Source: Candidatus Bathyarchaeota archaeon (GTDB taxonomy: Archaea > Thermoproteota > Bathyarchaeia > Bathyarchaeales > Bathycorpusculaceae). Taken from it: a stretch of DNA of 64,000 bases. The position numbers were made by a program, and so were the translations under genes. The notes under the pieces were generated by a model. The model saw nothing but the letters and a program-made list of their open reading frames with translations, did no database searches and was not told the origin of the DNA. The stretch is taken from NCBI GenBank assembly GCA_026014745.1, contig JAOZHS010000003.1:40137-104136 (forward strand), written 5' to 3'. This document shows, piece by piece, positions 59,338 through 64,000 of this stretch (its first letter is position 1; every line of letters begins with the position of its first letter).

Positions 59338-59594
59338 TTTTTTTCATTTTCCTTATGTTTTTTGAAGGAAAGCTTACGCCTTCCTTCCTCAGCCTATAGC
59401 AAACAAGGGCTATATAAAATTAACTTGAGAACCCTTGACTTGAAAACCCCCTATTGCATCTAATTTGCATTATTTATTTAAAAAGCGATGTTTGAGATTA
59501 CAATTTGTTGAAGTGTTTATTGCATTTATGTTAATAAAAAGTCGTCTATTGATTTGGCTTTAACACTTAACTATGGGGGCAAACAAAAGAAGGT

Positions 59595-60215
59595 TTACTT
59601 CTTTTTTTTCGTGGGCTTAGGTTTTGTCATGGACGCAGCTTTTTTGAGGTCCAGCGGCGAATTTACTCTAAAAAACGTGCGCAAATCTGGGTCTATCTGC
59701 TCAATAACAAGCGTAGACACATAGCGCACTCCACGAAGCTTCTCAACAATTACTTCTACATCAACCTCGCCCTCATCAACAGCCTCCTTAGCTGCAATTA
59801 GGGCTTGCTTCACATTATACACGGCATGTAGCGCTTCAATTTCGCTGCTGGTGCGTCTTACAACAACCGCTGATTTGCCACCACACAATTCTAAAAGCAA
59901 AGAGAGAACTTCACGAGATAGAAATGGGCTGTTTTCGGGTAAGAGCAATGCATATTCTCCGCTGGCAACTTGGAGTCCAGTGACGGCGCCAACTAGGGGG
60001 CTGCCTGAATTGGACGCATCAACTGCGAATTTTACTTTAGCCGGTAGCAGCCCTGCATATGCGGTTGAGTGTTCCTCCGAAGTGGTCACCACAATGATTT
60101 CATCTACTAAGTCTTTAACTGCATCTACAACGAGTTTTATGAGGGGGTTTCCATCAACATCGCCGTTGAAACCCTTGGATGAATTGCCGGCTAAAATAAT
60201 TGCTGACTTATCCAA
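59595..60215 (-). CDS. MobA-like NTP-transferase, apparently degenerate
   Basis: 'AIILAG', 'SPLVG..TGL', 'EALHAVY', 'FFRVNSPLDL'; catalytic loop shortened. Confidence 0.8.
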   Translation of the reverse strand: MDKSAIILAGNSSKGFNGDVDGNPLIKLVVDAVKDLVDEIIVVTTSEEHSTAYAGLLPAKVKFAVDASNSGSPLVGAVTGLQVASGEYALLLPENSPFLSREVLSLLLELCGGKSAVVVRRTSSEIEALHAVYNVKQALIAAKEAVDEGEVDVEVIVEKLRGVRYVSTLVIEQIDPDLRTFFRVNSPLDLKKAASMTKPKPTKKKK

Positions 60216-60498
60216 ATCAAATCACACAAGGCACTCAATCCAATCGGAAAGTTTAAGGCTTTTGCACTAGAAACCACGAAAGCATTGCCTTAGCGTCCCC
60301 TGCAAAAGCCAAAGGGCAAACCCCTTAAACAAAGAATGCTAAACAAGCAGTTTTTCTATCTGCTCACATAACGCGCGCAATCTTGAGCAAGCCAATTTTC
60401 TGCGTGAAAAAATAAGGGTAGCCTACATGGATTCACATGCACACCGCGACGCTTCAACATAGATGCATGTTGGGCGTGTGGTGAAATTTGCTTATGCA

Positions 60499-60611
60499 AC
60501 ACCGAAACAGGCGCAAAGAAGCATTGCAAATTAGGTTTGCAACCGCTGCTGGTTGCAGTCTTGTGGCAGCCGTAGAATCGCCGCACGCACATAAAGAGAG
60601 AAACCCAAAAA
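60499..60611 (-). repeat. Dispersed ~113-bp non-coding element, copy 2
   Basis: GCAGTCTTGTGGCA at 60555-60568 is the reverse complement of 23268-23281. Confidence 0.8.
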
Positions 60612-60619
60612 GGGTGGGT

Positions 60620-61405
60620 TTAGGTGACTTCGTTGTTCTCTATTTTTCTTGCCATATCTTGAAGTATCCTGTTTAGCGGGTGGTCTGGTTTATCTTGTAC
60701 AAAGATAAAGTTGCCTTCCGCTCTCAAGATTTCACAGAAGCATGGCACAATGCCCAGTAAAGGCACCTGATAGGTTTCTTTAACTCGGTTTTGGATTTCG
60801 TTTTTCTTAGCCGCTGCCGTGGGGTCTAAGACTTTGTTTAACACTAACCCCGTCTTTTTCTCAAAGAGGTTGTAGAGTTCAGCAAGCATTCGTTTAGTGC
60901 CATTCACGTCAGAACGGTCCCCGGTTGTTGCAACCACAACAAAATCCGCAGCCACAATGGCGTTAATGGATGAATACTGGAGTCCTGGGCTTGTGTCAAA
61001 GACCAGGTAGTCAAATTTTTGTTCTTTAATCATCGTTTCTCTTAGAGCCAAGATTCGGCCCAAAGCACGCATTTCCCATTTGCGATCTTTGCTGGATATA
61101 TCACGGATAGCTTCGGTGGCTGGATTAGCAAGTGCAGCGTAAAAGTTGTTCTTTCCGCCTACTCTGTCGCTAAGGTCAACGAGGACTTTGTTAATTTCAC
61201 AGTTGTTGTTGAGATAGTCGTTAAACCAGGTTTCGGTGTTCTCAGCTTTTAGTATTGCAAAGAGGCTTGGGGCTCGAAAGTCTAAGTCAAAAACGCAGAC
61301 TTTTTTACCGCTTTTAGCAAACGTCGCGGCAAGGTTCACTGACAGTAATGTTTTGCCTGTTCCGCCTTTATACGAATGGACTGCTATAATTTTTCCCATA
61401 ATCAT
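60620..61405 (-). CDS. MinD/ParA-family ATPase
   Basis: Deviant Walker A KGGTGKT, 'DLDFRAPSL', 'FDTSPG'. Confidence 0.93.
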   Translation of the reverse strand: MIMGKIIAVHSYKGGTGKTLLSVNLAATFAKSGKKVCVFDLDFRAPSLFAILKAENTETWFNDYLNNNCEINKVLVDLSDRVGGKNNFYAALANPATEAIRDISSKDRKWEMRALGRILALRETMIKEQKFDYLVFDTSPGLQYSSINAIVAADFVVVATTGDRSDVNGTKRMLAELYNLFEKKTGLVLNKVLDPTAAAKKNEIQNRVKETYQVPLLGIVPCFCEILRAEGNFIFVQDKPDHPLNRILQDMARKIENNEVT

Positions 61406-61414
61406 TCCTCTCCT

Positions 61415-61792
61415 CTAAGGGTCTCTATCCACGTAGAAGTATGCCTTGCGGCCCTTACGTTCCTTCTTAAGATACCCCATAATTACCAACTGATTAAGAT
61501 AAGCGCTCTCCACTGCGCGGGCACGATTCGTTTGCTCAGAGATCTCTTCAGCTGTCGCTCGCCCGCTTCGACATATTGTCATGGCCGTTTTACGCAAATG
61601 GTCGGGCATGGATAACAATGTCATGACATCTAGGGATGCATCAGGTAAAGCCGGTGAAGCTTTGGTCTCTCCCCCGACAGACTTCTGCAGCTCAATCATG
61701 ACTTCAACTTTCTCATTGAGCTTCTCAAGACTGTCTTCTATGCGTTCCAAAACACTCAATGGCTTTTTGTTCAACGTTTCGTCTTTAATCAA
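61415..61792 (-). CDS. Coiled-coil + winged-HTH DNA-binding protein
   Basis: 'LERIEDSLEKLNEKV' heptads; 'TAEEISEQTNRARAVESAYLNQLVIMGYLKKERKGRKAYF'. Confidence 0.85.
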   Translation of the reverse strand: MIKDETLNKKPLSVLERIEDSLEKLNEKVEVMIELQKSVGGETKASPALPDASLDVMTLLSMPDHLRKTAMTICRSGRATAEEISEQTNRARAVESAYLNQLVIMGYLKKERKGRKAYFYVDRDP

Positions 61793-61969
61793 GATGATTT
61801 CCCCCGACTTGTTTTTCAGGTGTACAAGTGGCTTGTTAAAGCAAAGTGTTTATTAAATCTTGCGACATAGCACTACATATTTTGTTTGACGAAAAATAAC
61901 GAGGATTCAAAATAAAGATAAAACAAAAATAAACTTTAAAGGCTAAAAGTGAAGATTGAAGAAGGAAGT

Positions 61970-62263
61970 TTAGTAGGGGATGGGTGCCTGGTTTCTAGCT
62001 TCCTCTACAATTGGCAATACTTGTTTTAGTTCTTTGAAGTACTTCAGAACGGTGATGCCACGCTGGGTAACAGCAAAGACAACACGTTTTTTCCCTACGG
62101 TACGTTCTTCAACAAGGCCTTGCTTGATGAGGAAGTCTAAGTATTCTTTTAGAACACTGCAGTTGACGTTTGCTTTGTACATGACGTGCGTTAGCTTTAG
62201 GGGGCCTCGGTGAGCGAGCACTGTGAGGATGTCTACATACATTTCGAGTTTTGATCGACGCAC
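61970..62263 (-). CDS. Archaeal winged-HTH transcriptional regulator (HTH_45-like)
   Basis: 'RRSKLEMYVDIL...THVMYKANVN...YLDFLIKQGLV...VTQRG'. Confidence 0.9.
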   Translation of the reverse strand: MRRSKLEMYVDILTVLAHRGPLKLTHVMYKANVNCSVLKEYLDFLIKQGLVEERTVGKKRVVFAVTQRGITVLKYFKELKQVLPIVEEARNQAPIPY

Positions 62264-62318
62264 TTTTGTTTTCCTCTTGGTTGTGTCTTATTTCTTGCAT
62301 CTTTATATAAATCATTTA

Positions 62319-62620
62319 TGTATTACTAATCAGTATTATTGACCATGTATTGGTTTAGTTGGCAGTTTTATCGATGGCATTATTTAACACGTTTAACCTA
62401 CTTTCGAAGGCCGTGACCATGTCATCTAGCAATATTTCACGCAATTCTGTCGACAATCCTTTGATTTCTTTGCCGAAAACATCCGCTAATTTCTCTTCTA
62501 ATTCTTTTCGAGCTTTATCCGCAATTTGCTTCAAATATTTTCACCCAATTTGTATAAACTCACAATGCCTGAAGCGATATAACTCATTTATGAAGCCAAC
62601 ATGTGTATTACTAATCAATA
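62319..62620. promoter_or_regulatory. Repeated motif TGTATTACTAATCA (62319-32, 62604-17); second copy forms GTATT-N7-AATAC
   Basis: Exact 14-bp duplication, each copy upstream of a minus-strand gene. Confidence 0.55.
62355..62534 (-). CDS. 59-aa helical protein (MKQIADKARKELEEKLADVFGKEIKGLSTELREILLDDMVTAFESRLNVLNNAIDKTAN); below ORF-track cutoff
   Basis: Hand translation; GGGTGA RBS before TTG; amphipathic protein-like composition; overlaps only a spurious + strand ORF. Confidence 0.75.
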   Translation of the reverse strand: MKQIADKARKELEEKLADVFGKEIKGLSTELREILLDDMVTAFESRLNVLNNAIDKTAN

Positions 62621-62801
62621 CCTGAAACCCCAAAAAACCGTATTTTAATAAAGAATCGCCTGCATACTTTGTTACTCTTTATTGACCCGCGGGACTTTTT
62701 GGTTGAAAATATTCAAAAACGTAACTGCATAGACGCAGTCACAAATCCATTTAAGGTTACTTCTATATTGCATCAACGGAAAACCTCAAGAAATAGAATG
62801 A

Positions 62802-63071
62802 TTGTTTTTCAGGAACGGCTATTTTTTAATGTTGCAAGCACCTAAAGAAAAATCTTGGAGCGTATTACTCGTAAAAGGTTACGTCTTAAACGATCAAGTG
62901 CGTGCGAAACGATGTCAAAACTGCAAATCAACAACAGAGGTATTGACTAAGAACTACAACAACCCTAACCTTTTGCTCTATGGGTGTAAAGATAGTAAAT
63001 GTAGGCATAGACTGTTGCGTCTTGATTTTGAGGCTGTTATGTCTCCTGAATACGCCTCTCGTAGTGGATAA
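62802..63071 (+). CDS. Small Cys-containing hypothetical protein, possible zinc ribbon (likely start at ATG 62829)
   Basis: CQNC...CKDSKC. Confidence 0.45.
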   Translation: MFFRNGYFLMLQAPKEKSWSVLLVKGYVLNDQVRAKRCQNCKSTTEVLTKNYNNPNLLLYGCKDSKCRHRLLRLDFEAVMSPEYASRSG

Positions 63072-63189
63072 TTAGACGGCGGAATTTCGAGTGAAGGGTG
63101 GCTTACTATATCGAGATTTATAGTATTTCACGATTCGCAATCTCTTAAATAGACAACCGCTAATACCTCCCATATAGGGAGGTAAAAAA

Positions 63190-63705
63190 TTGAAAAAACC
63201 AGTAAAGATCATACTAGCATTAGCTCTCCTTGCCACGTTCTGTCTGATTTCTGTTGCAGCAGCTTCTACACCCGACCCACATTTCTACTCTGTCGATAAG
63301 ACTTCGCCAGTCGACCCCGTTAAACTTGGTGACTCAGTCGTTATAACCGCAACCACAGACAACCCCAAAGTCAATAGGGTTGAATTCAAATGGTGGGCTC
63401 CAGGCAGCCCTCTTGATGGTCTCGCAGACTACTCTGAAGTTGACATAACTCCTGCTGATGGCTTCACTTCTAGTCACATAGTCAATAAACCCGGCGAATG
63501 GACTATGACTGCTAATTTCACTAACGTTCAAGCTAGCGGTGAATACAAGTACATATGGTCAGGCGATGCAGTATGGACCGTGACGAAGGACGGTAACTTC
63601 TTTGTCGTTGCTGAATACCCCTTGATCGGCGCTGCAGGTGCATCCATTGCTATGATGTTTGGTCTACTAGTCTTCAAACGCAAAGAAATCGTTAACCAAC
63701 TTTGA
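63190..63705 (+). CDS. Secreted Ig-like protein with PEF-CTERM-like tail
   Basis: Signal peptide; 'FFVVAEYP'-TM-KRK; GGAGGT RBS. Confidence 0.85.
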   Translation: MKKPVKIILALALLATFCLISVAAASTPDPHFYSVDKTSPVDPVKLGDSVVITATTDNPKVNRVEFKWWAPGSPLDGLADYSEVDITPADGFTSSHIVNKPGEWTMTANFTNVQASGEYKYIWSGDAVWTVTKDGNFFVVAEYPLIGAAGASIAMMFGLLVFKRKEIVNQL

Positions 63706-63858
63706 TCTTGATCAAAGGTTACTTTCGTTTGTTTGGTTCTATCCCTTTTTTTTATAACTTGATACTTTATACTTTATACAGAGCTATTAAGTAAATTGAT
63801 AACCGAAATAAACTTTTTAAGCATCGATTAACCGCTTGTTTTCTGAAGGGAGAGAAAA

Positions 63859-64000
63859 ATGAAAAATATAAAGAAAACTCTATTACTCTTATGCCTCATC
63901 TTACTATCAACCACAACTGTACTAGCAACAACAAAAGGCGCAACTTGGCCAAACTTGCCTTCCGACCCCGTAAAAATGCAACTCGGTTCGGGAAGTCCGA
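63859..64000 (+). CDS. Start of a secreted protein, truncated by window end (MKNIKKTLLLLCLILLSTTTVLA...)
   Basis: Hand translation; class I signal peptide, frame open to 64000. Confidence 0.7.
   Translation, partial: MKNIKKTLLLLCLILLSTTTVLATTKGATWPNLPSDPVKMQLGSGSP

Noticed and set aside
62359-62625. 88-aa plus-strand ORF
   Set aside because: Antisense to the better-supported 59-aa minus-strand ORF that has an RBS
1-64000. tRNA, rRNA, CRISPR array, integrase or transposase
   Set aside because: No T-loop/cloverleaf, rRNA-like tract, regularly spaced repeat-spacer array or recombinase/transposase motif found by eye; tRNAscan/cmscan not run

Overview
Archaeal chromosomal segment. Gene content and protein families point to Bathyarchaeia (inference). 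Evidence includes mch, tiaS, archaeal class I CCA enzyme, TFS, Nip7-Nop2, stand-alone Lrp RAM domains, and large secreted PQQ-like and TIM-barrel proteins with C-terminal anchors. About 65 mostly housekeeping CDS are present: alaS, pheS/T, hisS, pyrG, glnA, nadA, grpE-dnaK, dnaJ, rpl12, thpR-cca, uppP, galT, nikR, an ABC exporter and two orphan histidine kinases. I found no tRNA, rRNA, CRISPR array, integrase or transposase by eye. The main novelty is intergenic. (1) A tandemly duplicated cassette encodes two 50-aa CPxCG zinc micro-proteins missed by the ORF track, each behind an identical TTGC-N9-GCAA x2 + TGTTG-N14-CAACA operator array. (2) Two unrelated families of dispersed non-coding elements occur: ~200 bp at 2054-2256/46591-46796 and ~113 bp at 23225-23337/60499-60611. 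(3) A 26-bp palindrome occurs twice, once beside a 34-aa C2H2 zinc-finger micro-protein and a heavily base-paired leader inside a cluster of three HTH-less Lrp domains. (4) A wHTH/HTH-coiled-coil/ParA-like module carries its own repeated operator. (5) Several normally conserved operons are broken apart. All alignments and counts were made by eye and need computational confirmation.
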